DNA from: the human T2T-CHM13v2.0 reference genome, Homo sapiens
Assembly: GCF_009914755.1 (NCBI RefSeq)
Contig: NC_060929.1
Strand: one strand, 5' to 3'
Length of the DNA: 64,000 nt
Each line of letters starts with the position of its first letter. Positions within the stretch are counted from its first letter, which is position 1. The translations under genes were made by a program, and so were the position numbers. Positions 15,681 through 31,571 of this stretch are shown in pieces. Under the pieces are notes generated by a model. It ran no database searches and had not been told where the DNA came from. It saw only the letters and a program-made list of their open reading frames with translations.

Positions 15681-16454
15681 TCTGATAGCATAGAATTACT
15701 GATTAGCAAAAATGTTGTACGTTCACAAAAGAGTAATCAAAACAATGAGGAAACCTGAAATTATGAGAACTAGCTGAAGAAACTGGGGACTAGGAAAAAT
15801 AAATAAATGGTGGCGAGGGAGTTGGGGGAAGGACTGTTGAAAGGGAGAGATTATCCATGTAAAAGTGAAGAAAAATGCACTAATGAATGGTTAAAAATAG
15901 AGGAAGATTAACTTCAACTTAAAATAGGAACTTTTAATGAGACCTATATAAATGTGGAATGTGAGGTACTCAATGGAAGTGTTTCCCATCACTGGAGATG
16001 AAAAAGCACAGGCTGGACAATCCACTCAGCAGGAATGTTTTAGGATAAACTGAATGTCAGATGGGAAGTAGGACTAGAAGCCTCTTAGATTCTTCCAGCA
16101 CAACGTCTCTAAGGCTCTAAAATATCTGTCTTGCTCCAAATCACTGCAGCACCTGCTCCTATTGACACTGCCAAGGGGAGAAAGAAGAAAAAGATGTATT
16201 CTTGTAAGCCTGTCATCAGAGTACATGTCCTGTGGAAACAAGGCTGTAGAGAGTAAGCACAGTTTATGGAATCAGACACAAAATTAAATATAAATTTTAT
16301 GAATTTAAATGTCAGTCAATATTGTCACTATGGTAGAAAATACGTTCTACATTCCAAATTAACTCAAAACAAATTTGTTTTTATGAGAGAGCCCACTTGT
16401 ATTACCTTCCGTGCTGTATTATTATTTCATGTATGCTTGGTTTTGCTTCCCTGA

Positions 16455-16795
<341 letters not shown>

Positions 16796-16899
16796 CACTG
16801 TTTACGTTTTTGCATGCTCCCGCAGATCTTTATCATGCTGCTTGAGTAACAATTCTGCTACACTAACAGATAAACTAACTGCAGACAGAGCATTTAGTG

Positions 16900-17115
16900 A
16901 GTTACGGCACAGACTCTTCAATTTTCAGTCGTGCTCTGACTGGCTCCCTGTGTAAACTCAGGCCAGTCATTTAACCACTCTAAGCCTGTTTTCCTATCTG
17001 CAATATGGTGAAAGTGAGGATTATAGAAAATATTCCATATAAAAGTACGTGGCACGCAGCAGATGCTCAGTAAATGCTTAGTATAACGCTCAGCACCTAA
17101 GTGCCATGTGAGTAT
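16900..17115 (+). mobile_element. MIR
   Basis: ggccagtcatttaaccactctaagcctgttttcctatctg core. Confidence 0.7.
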
Positions 17116-17874
17116 TAAATAAACAAATCTGTTCCTTACTACAATTATCTTAGGCAAAAAAAAACCTGCCAGATATTAGTATTCAGTTGACTTAAGTAAG
17201 TAGTATAACTCCTCTTTTAACTGTCAGAATATTAAAACTACTAGTGTGATGTGCAAATTATATACCCGAAACTAGATACAGAAATTGGAATTTGGCTTTG
17301 GGACAGAAATCTGCTTCTTCCAGAACTCTCCAAAGGAATTCAACAGTCAAAAGAGACCGGTTTTTATTCTGCAGCAAAACAATGATATTCTGAACCTACG
17401 TCAACTAACTGAACATGTCACACAGCCCATTTCCCCCTCCAGTTTCGCTTATCTCCTTTGCTCTCTGAAGGCAAGGAACAGCTATGCTTTCCCCTGCCTA
17501 CAGCCTGAAACTTCTTACTAGGCCCCGCTCCTCGCCCCATGGGAGCACAGTAAATCCTGACTGCACGGGGTAAGAGAAGCAATAAGATGAGACAGGCTAG
17601 AGATTTCCCTGGGAAGGTATTCGGGGGGGTCTAAGGCATTCACGGCGCACCTGAGGCGGTCCACCCAGAGGCCCCACAAGGCACCGCCCTATTCAACTTA
17701 AGTGACAGCCGCGCCGCCACCTCATCGCCGCCCAGTTCACGCTCTCGCCGAACACTCAGCCACGCTTGCGCGGCCCAAAATGAACAGCCCCGGCCCCGAT
17801 CCTTTCTTTCTCTAAGTACCATTTCAATCGCCTTTAGGATCCCTTGTGCAAAACCGACAGAAATCCGAACCCAC

Positions 17875-17920
17875 CTGGAGCAGATGCTCCTCTTCTACAA
17901 ACGCCGAGGCTGCAATGAGA
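17875..17920 (-). other. SKIC3: Probable SKIC3 exon 1 (5' end/TSS not determinable)
   Basis: Donor CAG|gtgggt at 17875/17874 inside the CpG island, just downstream (on -) of NRF1 and E-box motifs. Confidence 0.65.
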
Positions 17921-17930
17921 GCGCATGCGC
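17921..17930. promoter_or_regulatory. NRF1 motif GCGCATGCGC (second degenerate copy TGCGCATGTGCG at 18033-18044)
   Basis: Exact palindromic NRF1 core. Confidence 0.75.
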
Positions 17931-17945
17931 CTTTCCCAGGACTCA

Positions 17946-17962
17946 TTCACGTGACTGGAAGT
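17946..17962. promoter_or_regulatory. CLEAR-like/USF E-box TCACGTGAC followed by ETS-like GGAAGT
   Basis: TTCACGTGAC is 9/10 to GTCACGTGAC; GGAAGT follows directly. Confidence 0.6.
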
Positions 17963-18060
17963 GGCTGGGTTCTGATTTGCTCGGTATTTGATTAAAAGGT
18001 CTTAACGTGGGTAAAAGCGGGAATTTCTCTGTTGCGCATGTGCGCGCTCTCCGCCTGATA

Positions 18061-18072
18061 GGAGTTGTAGTT
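18061..18072 (-). promoter_or_regulatory. ZNF143/THAP11-type ACTACAnnTCCC motif
   Basis: Minus strand reads AACTACAACTCC(T); related ACAACTCCCA at 18121-18130. Confidence 0.5.
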
Positions 18073-18217
18073 CTGCGGGTGAAGCTCGGCGTTACTATCA
18101 AGCAACCAAACTGCAAGCTTTGGGAGTTGTTCGCTGTCCCTGCCCTGCTCTGCTAGGGAGAGAACGCCAGAGGGAGGCGGCTGGCCCGGCGGCAGGCTCT
18201 CAGAACCGCTACCGGCG

Positions 18218-18343
18218 ATGCTACTGCTGTGGGTGTCGGTGGTCGCAGCCTTGGCGCTGGCGGTACTGGCCCCCGGAGCAGGGGAGCAGAGGCGGAGAGC
18301 AGCCAAAGCGCCCAATGTGGTGCTGGTCGTGAGCGACTCCTTC
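18218..18343 (+). CDS. ARSK: ARSK exon 1 coding part (signal peptide + PNVVLVVSDSF metal-binding strand)
   Basis: gcgATG; MLLLWVSVVAALALAVLAPGAG hydrophobic leader; sulfatase N-terminal motif; TTC|gtaagt. Confidence 0.97.
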
Positions 18344-19229
18344 GTAAGTACCGCGAGGCAGGGGAGGGGCGCCCCGCTGGGGATCGGCGACCTCACCGCC
18401 GCCGCCTGTGCTGCAGGCTTTGGGGAGCAGAACCTGAGACATTTTCAAACACCTTTTACCCCGATGCAAAGAAAGAAATACATTTTATGTGAGGCCCCGT
18501 GTACTCACACGTACACCACATACCTATGCAAACATGTAAAACAATAGTGAAACACTGAAAACATCTTTGCAGATTTTTTTTTTTAATACTGACCTCGATT
18601 CGCTAAATTATTTTACCACGACTAATGAACTTTCAGTCCATACCCCCGTTTGGTTTAATTGTGTGGTAAAATAACATTCTGCATCTCCATAAAAGCGTGT
18701 TAGCTTTCCAAAAGTCATTTTCCAGTTCACCTCAAGTTTGCAGGAATTCATGTTTGGGTGAGAAGTGAAGAAAGTTTATTTTTATTACCCAGGTCTGTGA
18801 TAATCCTGTTAGTGCTGATTCAAATGGAATCGTTGGTATAACTTGATTCACTCCCCCGTATTCCAGAGAAATTGTGTGTATGTGTGTGTGTTGGTAATGT
18901 GGCTGAATCCCAAACTTAAACAGTTTTTGAAACTTTCCCAAGCCAAAGGTGCTACTGTCAACCTTACGCGATGCTTTTAGGATGATCCATGTTTTAAAAA
19001 GTGCTGCTTAGACAATTGTTTGGTTATTAATTGTAATATTAGTTTATTATCACTCGGTGTTACTGTGGTCACACAGATGTTGGTGTTAAGCATATCTGGC
19101 ACTAAAGAGTGTTTGTAATCATATGTTGTATTTCCTTTCTCGTAGATTCCTGATGATTAAAATTACATAGTCTGGATGTGCCCATGGGATTTTTTGAAAA
19201 TATTACTTAAAGTTATCTTTGTGATTTAA

Positions 19230-19570
19230 ACTTAGAGAATGGGCAGTACTGGAAATTGACTAGATGGCATTTTATTACAGAGTGCTCTTGTAATCAAAGG
19301 CAAATGAAGGAAGCAGGATTGTGCAGAGGAGAAGCTGAATTTTGTTGCCATCTTATGAATGACAGTTCTCAAACTAGTATGGTGCTTCAGAGCTGCTTTC
19401 CAATAGGAGTGAGGAGAACAGACCTTTCCACCTGCATGTTGGATGGCCACTGGTTGTGGGCTGCTCCTAGAATGGGGCATGGTGTTGGGCAAAGCAGCTG
19501 TCTTCAGCAGAGGCAATTGTTCATTCCTAAAAGGGAATCCGAATGTGGATCACAACATCCCAGAAACTTC
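19230..19570. mobile_element. Old ERVL-type LTR fragment
   Basis: ggaagcaggattgtgcagaggagaagctgaa resembles recalled LTR16/LTR33-type sequence. Confidence 0.35.
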
Positions 19571-19665
19571 CAAAGATGACTGAGATATATAGGTTTGTTA
19601 TTTTTTTTAGTGTAGTATGAATGCATAGATTTTTCTATATTTGTGCTTAAATTTTTTGCATTCAC

Positions 19666-20024
<359 letters not shown>

Positions 20025-21744
20025 TTAATATTCAAACTGTCCTATCTTTGGCCAGTGGAAGCCCCTTCAGGTGGTTCTGAGTCCTTTTGACCCATCCCCA
20101 TTAGTATTTGACAGCTTGCTTTAACAGAGTTCCATGTCCACAATACATATTTCCTGTCCCATCTTGTATTTAGAGACCACAGTCTGAGTGTTAGGGTGTT
20201 CATTGCATCTAGACCTTTCCAGTGGACAAATCTAGAAAGTATATAATATTTTAGAATGAGAAAAATAAATTGTGAGATCATACTGATACTTTCCATTCAA
20301 ATTTAAGATTACAAGTTTATTCTTTGATTTTTATACTTATATCTTTTTTGTTTTATGCCAAATATTTTGGTCTAAATGCATTAATGCAATTACTTATTTG
20401 CTTTATCCAAACATATAATATGTATATATCAATGTGTTTGAAAATAAGACTGTAATATTACTAGAAATAATGCTAGTCCTGAGTGCAGCTTACAGTTTCT
20501 TTGAAGTTTTTGTTTTAGGTATATTCAACTATATAGTAAAAATGTTGGTCTTTAAACTTAAAATAATTCCTCTCTCTATGATTATACCAGTTTGGTATGC
20601 TGTTAGATTCTTGACACTGTGATTTATCATTTCTAAAACTCTGCAGGCTAAGATAGAGCAGTTAAGCTGGATAATAATTGTAGGAAGAAAATAGCAAATT
20701 GGTTTTACTTTCAGGATAACAACGCAAGAGCTTTGTAGATCAACTCCCAAGAAAACAAGCAAACCAAATGAAAACTCTTTTTTAAACTATACATAAAAAC
20801 TATTAAATATTTGAAACACTTAAAGTGTCTGGAAACTGTCCTAAGGTCATACACCAAATGAAGAAACATTTATTCAAGAAAATCTATGAAAACTTGGTAA
20901 GAATAGCAAGAAGGGTCTGTGGCAGTGAACTATAGTTTTGACAGAGGTTTCACTCAGGTGGGTGTGGCCAAGAAGATAGGACTACTCCCCCTCGGCTCCC
21001 AATCACCAGTTATGGTATCTCACCAAAAGGGACAGGCTGTGAGATTTCTCATCTTCTCCTAATCCAAGTTGGAGAGGTTAAATTCCTAATGAATGCAGCT
21101 GAGAAGTTGAGGGCTCCCTTACTTCAGTCAGCCCCCACTTACAGGACAGAGGCTTTATGCCAAGTGCGGAAAGTTGAGAATCCTAGGGCCCTAATTGCCC
21201 TGGCCCTAGCTCTCTAGTAGGACAGAGGTTCCATACCAGGAGAGACAAGCTGAGAAGACCAAACAAGCTTCTGCAAAGCAAGCAGAATGGAGGAAATAAT
21301 AAGGATTAGGGCAGAAATTAAAGAAACAGAGGATGGAAAAATAGTAGAGAAAATCAATGAGACCAAAAATTGGTTCTTAGACAAAATCAGCAAAATTGAC
21401 AAACCTTAGCTATACTGAACAAGAAAAAAGACAAAAGAGCTAGATGACTAAAATCATGAAAGAGAATGGTTACATTATCTTAAGAAATAAAAGAATTACA
21501 AGGGAATACTTACATACAACAACTGTATGTCATCAAATTAGATAAATGAAATGGACAAATTGCTAGGAAGGCAGAAACTACTGAAACTGACTCAAGAAGA
21601 AATAGGCAATCTGAATAGACCTATAAGAAGTAAAGAGAGTAAACTGGTAATTTTAAAACTACCAACAAAGAGAAGCACAGACCCAAACGGTTTCACTGAT
21701 AAATTCTACCAAATACTTAAAGAATAATTAATACTAATTCTTCA

Positions 21745-22131
<387 letters not shown>

Positions 22132-22199
22132 TCACAAGGAAAGAAACCCACAGACCAGTATCCCTTAGGAATATAAGAGCAAAGATCCTCAACAAAATG

Positions 22200-22411
22200 G
22201 ATTTGGCCCTCCATATTCACAGGTTCTGAATCCGCAGATTCCACCAATCTCAGATAAAAATATATGGTATTTATGGGATGTGGAACTCACAGAACTTGAC
22301 TTTTCCTATCCATGGGTTCCACAGGGCTGACTGTGGGACTTGAGCCCGCAAAGATTTGGTATCCTTGGGAGGTCCTGGAAACAATCCCCTGCAGATACCA
22401 AGGGACAAATG
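22200..22411. mobile_element. MER2-like Tigger MITE inside L1
   Basis: ggccctccatattc...ggtcctggaaacaatcccctgcagataccaagggac, TA at right end; L1 resumes after it. Confidence 0.75.
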
Positions 22412-23740
22412 TACTAGGAAACCAAATTCATTAGTATGTAAGAAGGATTATTCACCATTACCAAGTGGAATTTGTCCCCAAAATGTACAGTGAGTTTAAT
22501 ATCTGAAAATCAATTAATGTAATACATCATGTTGACTGAATAAAGGACAAAACCCATGTGATCATCTCAATAGATGCAGAAAAAGCATTTGAGAAGATTT
22601 GACAATCCTTATGCATTCAACTGGCTAGAAATAGAAGGGAACTAAAAGGCATCTACAAAAAAAGCCAGAACTTTACACTGAATGGTTAAAAGAAAAAAAA
22701 AATCAGTTTTCTGACTAAGATCAGGAAGAAGACAAGGATGTGTGTTCTCACCACTGCTATACAGCATTGTACTGGGGGTTCTAGCCACAGAATTAGAAAA
22801 AAGATTAAATAAAAGGCATTCACATTGGAAAGGAAGAAGTAAAAGTATCTATACTTGCAGTAATCTTGTATGTAGGATTCTACGGCTCCACTACAAAACT
22901 ATTGAACTAATAAATTAGTAAGGCTGTATACCAGATCAGTGTACAAAAATAAATTGTATTTTATATACTTAATTGATTAACACACTTATAGTCAAATTAA
23001 GAAAACAGTTCCATTTAAAGTAACATCAGAATGGATGAAATACTTAAAATAAATCTAATCAAGGAAATATAGTTCTTATACTCCGAAAACTACAAAACAT
23101 TGTTGAAAGAAATAAAAGAACATTTAAATAAATGAACAGACATCCCCTTTTCATGGATCAGAAGATTTAATATTGTTAATATAGCAGTACTCACCAAAAT
23201 GATCTACAGATTCAATTCAATGCCTGTCAAAATCCCTAGAACCTTTTTTTTTTTCTGCAGAGATGGAAAAACCCATCCTAAAATTCATATGGTAATTCAA
23301 GGGACCCAGAATAGCCAAAAATAAATCTTGAAATAAAAAGAACAAAGTTGAAAGACATACACCTCCCAATTTTAAAGCTTATATCTTAACTACACCAATC
23401 AATGTAGTATGTTATTGGCTTAAGGATAGGTGACATACAGATCAATGGAATAGGATCTAAAGTCCAGAAATAAACTCTCATATTTATAGTAAATTGATTT
23501 TTTAACAAGGGTGCCAAGACCATTTAATAGGGAAAGAATGATCTTTTAAACAAATGGTGCTGGAAAAAAAAAATATGAATGAAGTTGGACCCTGCCTTGC
23601 ACCATACACAAACACACAAAAAAAAACTTTAAGTAAATTGATTGATTAATCAAATGTAAAACTAAAAAACTCTTACAAGAAAACATAGGTGTAAGTCTTT
23701 GTGATTGTGGATTAGGCAATTAAAAGATGGGCAAAAGATC

Positions 23741-24044
23741 TTTTTTTTTTTTTTTTTTGAAATGGAGTCTCGCTCTGTCACCCAGGCCGGAGTGCAGTGG
23801 CGCAATCTCGGCTTACTGCAACTTCTGCCTCCCAGGTTCAAGCCATTCTCCTGCCTCAGTCTCCTGAGTAGCTGGGACTACAGGTGCCCGCCACCACACC
23901 CAGATAATTTTTTAATTTTTATTTTTAGTAGAGATGGGGTTTCACCGTATTAGCCAGGATGGTCTCGATCTCCTGACCTTGGGATATACCCGCCTAGGCC
24001 TCCCAAAGTGCTGGGATTACCGGCATGAACCACCATGCCCGGCC
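23741..24044 (-). mobile_element. Alu in L1
   Basis: Full dimer, TSD AAAAGATCTT. Confidence 0.97.
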
Positions 24045-24868
24045 AAAAGATCTTAATAGACATTTCTTCATAGAAGATACGCAGATGACAAATAAATACA
24101 TGAAAAGATGCTCAACATCATTAATCATTCGGGAAATGTAAATCAAAACCACAGTGAGACACCAGTTATACCCACTGGGATGGTTATAATGAAAAAGACA
24201 ATAACTAGAGATGGCAACAATGTGGAGGAATTGCAACCCATACCCTGCTGGTAGGATCACGCAGCCATTGGAAATCAGTTTGGCAGTTTCTCGAATGGTT
24301 AACCATAGAGTTGCTGTATAATCCAGCAGTTTTACTCCTAGGTGTATATTCAAGGGAAATGAAAATATAAGTCTACACAAAAACTTCTACATGAATGTTC
24401 ATAGCATTATAATGTTCATTATACATAATGGCCAAACAGTATAAACAACCCAAATGCCCATCAATTGATAAATGGATAAATAAAATTTGGTAATATTATT
24501 CAACAATAAAAAATATGGTATATGCTACAATATAGATGAAACTTAAAAAGATTATGCTAAATGAAAGAAGCTAGTCAAAAAGGACCACATATTGTATGAT
24601 TCCATTCATATGAAATGTCCAGAAAAAGCAAACATAGAGCCGGAAAGTAGGTTAGTGGTTGCCTAGGCTTCAGGAAAATAGAGAGTAATGGCTAAAGAGT
24701 GCAGAATGTCTTTTGGGGATGATGAGAACATTCTAAAATCGACTATGGTAATGGTTGCACAGCTTTCTGAATACACTAAAAACCATTGAATTGTACACTT
24801 TAAATGGATGAGTTGTTTAGTGTGTTAATTATATCTTAATAAACCCATTTTTAAAAGAATAGAAAACA

Positions 24869-25183
<315 letters not shown>

Positions 25184-26881
25184 ATAGAAAAGAAGCATCT
25201 CTGCCTGGGTCTTAAAGGACAGAGGCATCTTCTGCATCCCCACTCCTACTCCTACCTCTACTCCCTGCCACTGCACCTGTATCAGTTTTAGTTTTGCTGA
25301 GGTTTCAGGAGTGGCAGGGGAGAGTAGGTACAGGAGTGTTTACTAGAGAGTCTAGTGAGAATCTCATTCAGTCTGATGGACAGATCTGGGAAGAACACTA
25401 TAAGCAGTCTTGCCATGCTGACATGGCAAATTAAAGTTGCTGTTACATTCTTTTATTAGGATGATTAATTCAAACCTAAACTTCTCTGATTCTGCATGGC
25501 CCATAATGATAAGGAACCGAGTACAAGCCATGGTTCAGAAGGAGCAATCAAAATCACAAAATTGTATCTACAAAAAGACTTACCCACCCCAAGGGGGAAA
25601 AATGTGTGGACCCATGAGAATTAATTAACAAGAGCAGAATGCAGCAACTAAAGGCAGTTGGTACCATTTCTGTAACTTTTGCAGAAAGCCAATTAATGGG
25701 TCATTTTTATTTCTTAAATGCCCAATTTTAGAGTGCTTAATTTGTTTGAACCATAGGAATGGCCTTGAGAAAATTGAAATGGGCTATTAGTAAGTTATAG
25801 AAGTTATAACAAAAGCCATTTTTCAAGATTTTCTCTGCCAACTAAATTTGACAGAACTGTGTTTTCACTTATAACTGGCTATCCATTGTAAACCACATTA
25901 ACATACTATGGAAAACTTACTTTCTCTCTTTTTCATCAGCCAGCTGTGTTAAGATGCCTTTCAGTTCAGAATGAAATATTCTACTGACCGTCTCCCATTG
26001 ATACCATTATCAGCAGTACTAGTAGTAGCCTAGTTTTTAAATGATTTGTTAGTGTGTAAAAACTACATGAAGTCAAAAACCAAAACTTCTAGAAAATTTT
26101 TAAATATTTTCTCTAATAACATTTTGGTCTTCGTTTAGAGTATTATTGATATTTCTGATATTGAGAATATGTATATCATAATTTAAATATTTCCTAGGAA
26201 CCAAATTTTGCAATTGATATGCTTAATCCAGTTTATTAAGCTTTGCAAAAATACACTGTTGAATTTTGAGCATAAATTTGTCTTCTTTTTTAAATTGAAC
26301 AAATCTCTGGATTAGAGATTCATTTCATTTCATTCACTGAATATTTGCATACCGCTCACTGCCTTATATATATCTCAGACAGCAATCTTAACATAGATCA
26401 CCTTTCACTGATGGAATCGTTGGGAACTTTCCCACATGACGGCAGTCGCCCCCTCCCTTTCTGGTTATCTCTGCCACTATATTTCAAAGAGTCCTGCTTT
26501 CCAGCCTGCTTTTGATACAGATAATGTCCCTGTACTAGTCATAGAGATGAGTCAAGAAATCACTAACATCGATTTTAATCTGACACATTAGTTATTGATA
26601 TGCTGCAGTAGTCATTTGCAGTGGTAGTTACACCAATTTGAACCTAGCCTGCAGGACTTGGAGTCCAAATCCCAATATGTGAATTATATAGCACCTTTAA
26701 GACAGTTCTACCTTGTGACCTTCTGCTCCATCCCCCAACCAGATAAGCCTGGGTTGTCTAGATTCTAGGCAGTGGCCACAAATTGTTATCTCCCCATGTT
26801 CAAAAGATTGTAACCATAAGACATATATACATTTGGAATTTGTGAGGATAAATTTCTGAGAATTTGAATTTAAGGGCTTAA

Positions 26882-27213
<332 letters not shown>

Positions 27214-27319
27214 ACTATGCACTTTTGTCTTCGCCTTTCTAGCTCATCATTGAGGAAATCAGTAGTTATTTGCTTAGCATTCAATGATTACTCTTGCTAG
27301 AAGTGGTAATTTATTTTGA

Positions 27320-28670
<1,351 letters not shown>

Positions 28671-28933
28671 GTCAGTTCATCATCCCCCAAAAGAACATTC
28701 CAGGAAGTCCTTTATTTACTGTAGTTAAATGAATCCAAGTGTAACGCTGCACTGAATTCTAGCTATTTATGTACCAGATACTGGAAACACCCTCTATACT
28801 TGTTTTGTTTTTATCTTTGGAGGATTCTTAAAATCATATTGAAGTCTTCTGCTATTGTAAATTTTATGGTTAAAGAAAATAATTTTGTTCTTTGGTAATG
28901 TAATCAATGCTAATTAAATTTCTTTATTTCCAG

Positions 28934-29063
28934 GATGGAAGGTTAACATTTCATCCAGGAAGTCAGGTAGTGAAACTTCCTTTTATCAACTTTATGAAGA
29001 CACGTGGGACTTCCTTTCTGAATGCCTACACAAACTCTCCAATTTGTTGCCCATCACGCGCAG
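28934..29063 (+). CDS. ARSK: ARSK exon 2 (130 nt; CxPSR formylglycine motif, Cys80)
   Basis: ttccag|GAT GGA ... GCA G|gtatga; DGRLTFHPGSQ...NSPICCPSRA. Confidence 0.97.
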
Positions 29064-30825
29064 GTATGAACATCCTTAATATGAATGGGAGAAAGTGGCT
29101 ACACACTGAAAATATATTCACAGTTTAAAAGATTATACCTAAAAGTAGAATAGTTGTATTTGGCCTCAATAAAATTGTTTTAATATAAAAGATGTGCATT
29201 TTAAGGTATATATTGGCTATTGGGGTTGTTCAAATTGTATTTTTCAAGAGTAGGAATTTTTATCATTTAGAAAGGTGTCTAGTTCATGTGTTACCGTTTT
29301 ATTTCCTTGTGACTGGGGACTAAGAATCTTTTGGCCATCCAAGAAAATGAGGGAATACTCATATTTCCTAGAAGAGTTCTGTTTCCAGGGAAATTTTTCA
29401 GTAACGGTATAGGTAATTGGGAGGACTTCTATGAACATTAGAGTATACCATAAAGTAGTTACAACTTATATTCAGATTTACCTGAATTTTTTCTTATTAT
29501 TTCAGATTACAGACTTTACCTCTTTCTTTCCATCTCAATTCACTTTTATCCCAAGTCAAATTGTTCACTTTTATTATAATAATTTAACAAATAGGCATAG
29601 TTTTATTGGCAGAATGTCAGTGACATTAAGCCATGAATAATTAACAAATAGGAAAAAACTGCCATTTTTATAAATTCTATCTATTGTCTGATGGTTGTTT
29701 TCCTTTTCCCCTGTCTTCTGGTTTATGTTTGTTGCCTTGGAACACATAAATGGCACTCAGTGATTTGGTTTGTCTGTAAATGAGATGATTTTCTCTGTGA
29801 TTTGAGTTATAACTTCTTTCACCTATATTTTCAACACTAACAACTATATTATTACCAGTGATGAAAAGAAACTAAACTATATTGTAAATGATATTTCAAT
29901 AATGAAGGACCAGGCATATTAAAAAACAGTTTTGTTAACTGTAAAGTAGAATGAGCAGTGGGCTAGGGTGAGACAATGACCTGGATGCTAATCCTCAAGC
30001 AAGTCACTCAGTCTTCTTATCTGCAAATTGCTGTGTATACTGTGTACCTCACAGGGTTGTTCTGAGCATCACATTAAATAACGAATGAGAAAGTGGCCAA
30101 TGAACCCTAGATGTCTCAAAATGTTAGATGTTGTTTTTCCTGGAAGAAGTATATTTTGAAGAGTAAGCAAGGTCAAATAATTTGTCAAAGACCACTCAGT
30201 AACTGGTGTTATTGGGATTCAAACCCAGGTAATCCCCCATCCCACCTCTCAGAAAACATCTTGCTAGATGAAAACAGAAAGCTTATTCTAACTTTCTATT
30301 TATGTACACAGAAATGGGAAAAGGAAAAAAAGTGTTTATTGAATAAACAATCATAGTTGTAGAAAGTGAGAGATAAGGCATAACACACTACGTTTTTTGT
30401 GGAAAGCCAGCAAAAGGACAGGGAATAAGGGAAGATCCTTAAGGATGTTGGGGAAATGAGATCTGTACTTCAATTGTCTGATTTAGAAAATTAACCAATA
30501 AATACTTAGGGATTGTTTTTATGATTGAAAGAGGCCTCTAGTCACACATGCTTTGTATTTAATTCCAGCTGTATTTACCTTAAGTAACTTAAGCACTAAG
30601 CGTTAGTCAACTCATCTGTAAAATGGAAATAGTAACTCCCCACAGAGTATCACTCTGATAAAATGAGGTAACAATCAGAAATGTTTGGTAAGGCACCTAA
30701 TCTGGGTACGTCTTACTGCAGAGCATAAGCTCTTCACTAGTGGACTGCTCTCTCAGAGTAATTGTCCTAATAGTTAAATTGTTAAGCTTTACCTTAATCC
30801 CAATTCCTTTTTTTTTTTTTCTCAG

Positions 30826-30985
30826 CAATGTGGAGTGGCCTCTTCACTCACTTAACAGAATCTTGGAATAATTTTAAGGGTCTAGATCCAAATTATACAA
30901 CATGGATGGATGTCATGGAGAGGCATGGCTACCGAACACAGAAATTTGGGAAACTGGACTATACTTCAGGACATCACTCCATTAG
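30826..30985 (+). CDS. ARSK: ARSK exon 3 (160 nt)
   Basis: T13-ctcag|CA ATG TGG AGT GGC ... ATT AG|gtaaaa; AMWSGLFTHLTESWNNFKGLDPNYTTWMDVMERHGYRTQKFGKLDYTSGHHSI includes sulfatase signature 2 (GYxTxxxGK). Confidence 0.96.
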
Positions 30986-31571
30986 GTAAAAATAAAACAA
31001 AAATAATCATCATGGACTGCCCTCTGCCATAGCGTGTACATGTACTCTTTTTGACTTTAATTTTTTTATTTTTCCACAAAGGTGAAAGTAAATCTCTTAA
31101 TCCCTTCATTGTGTTAATTAGGCTGAAATTTTAGCTTTCTTTCATCTTCCTAAAACATTAAAATGGCTAATATACTAGTCATTTTGTTTTTCTTAAGCAT
31201 TGAAGGTCTATAAATAGTGTTTGTAAACTCGTTTAGCCCACGCTTTATTTTCATTGAATTTCCTTTAATGGCTACTGTATTATTAATTTTAAAATCTGTT
31301 TTTAAAACCATAGCCTTCTTGCTGCTTTCGTTGGTCAGTTCTCTCTAACTTGAGTCTATTGTAACTTTTTTTTTTCTTTCATTTTACTAAGTCCTCAAAA
31401 ACCAGGCAGCCAAGCATAGTGGTTAAGAGTAGAGGTCAAGAATCAGATTGCCTGCTTTTGAATTATAGTTTCTGTTTACTACTAGCATTGTAGTAGTCTG
31501 ATCTTGGACACATTGTCTAAATGTTGACACTGTACTTTAATTTCTTTGCTGTGAGGATTAAATGTATCAAT

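Larger units (their letters stand above)
17520..18420. promoter_or_regulatory. CpG island / bidirectional promoter of SKIC3 and ARSK
   Basis: Only CpG-rich non-Alu stretch in the window; SKIC3 exon-1 donor and ARSK ATG are about 340 nt apart; no evident TATA box. Confidence 0.9.

Noticed and set aside
18019-18028. GGGAATTTCT NF-kB-like site in the promoter
   Set aside because: Mismatch at a conserved terminal position; could be chance
17992-18492. Several overlapping ORFs (134 aa on -, 70-87 aa on either strand) across ARSK exon 1
   Set aside because: Expected stop-codon scarcity in a GC-rich island; low-complexity shadows of the real exon with no recognisable domain
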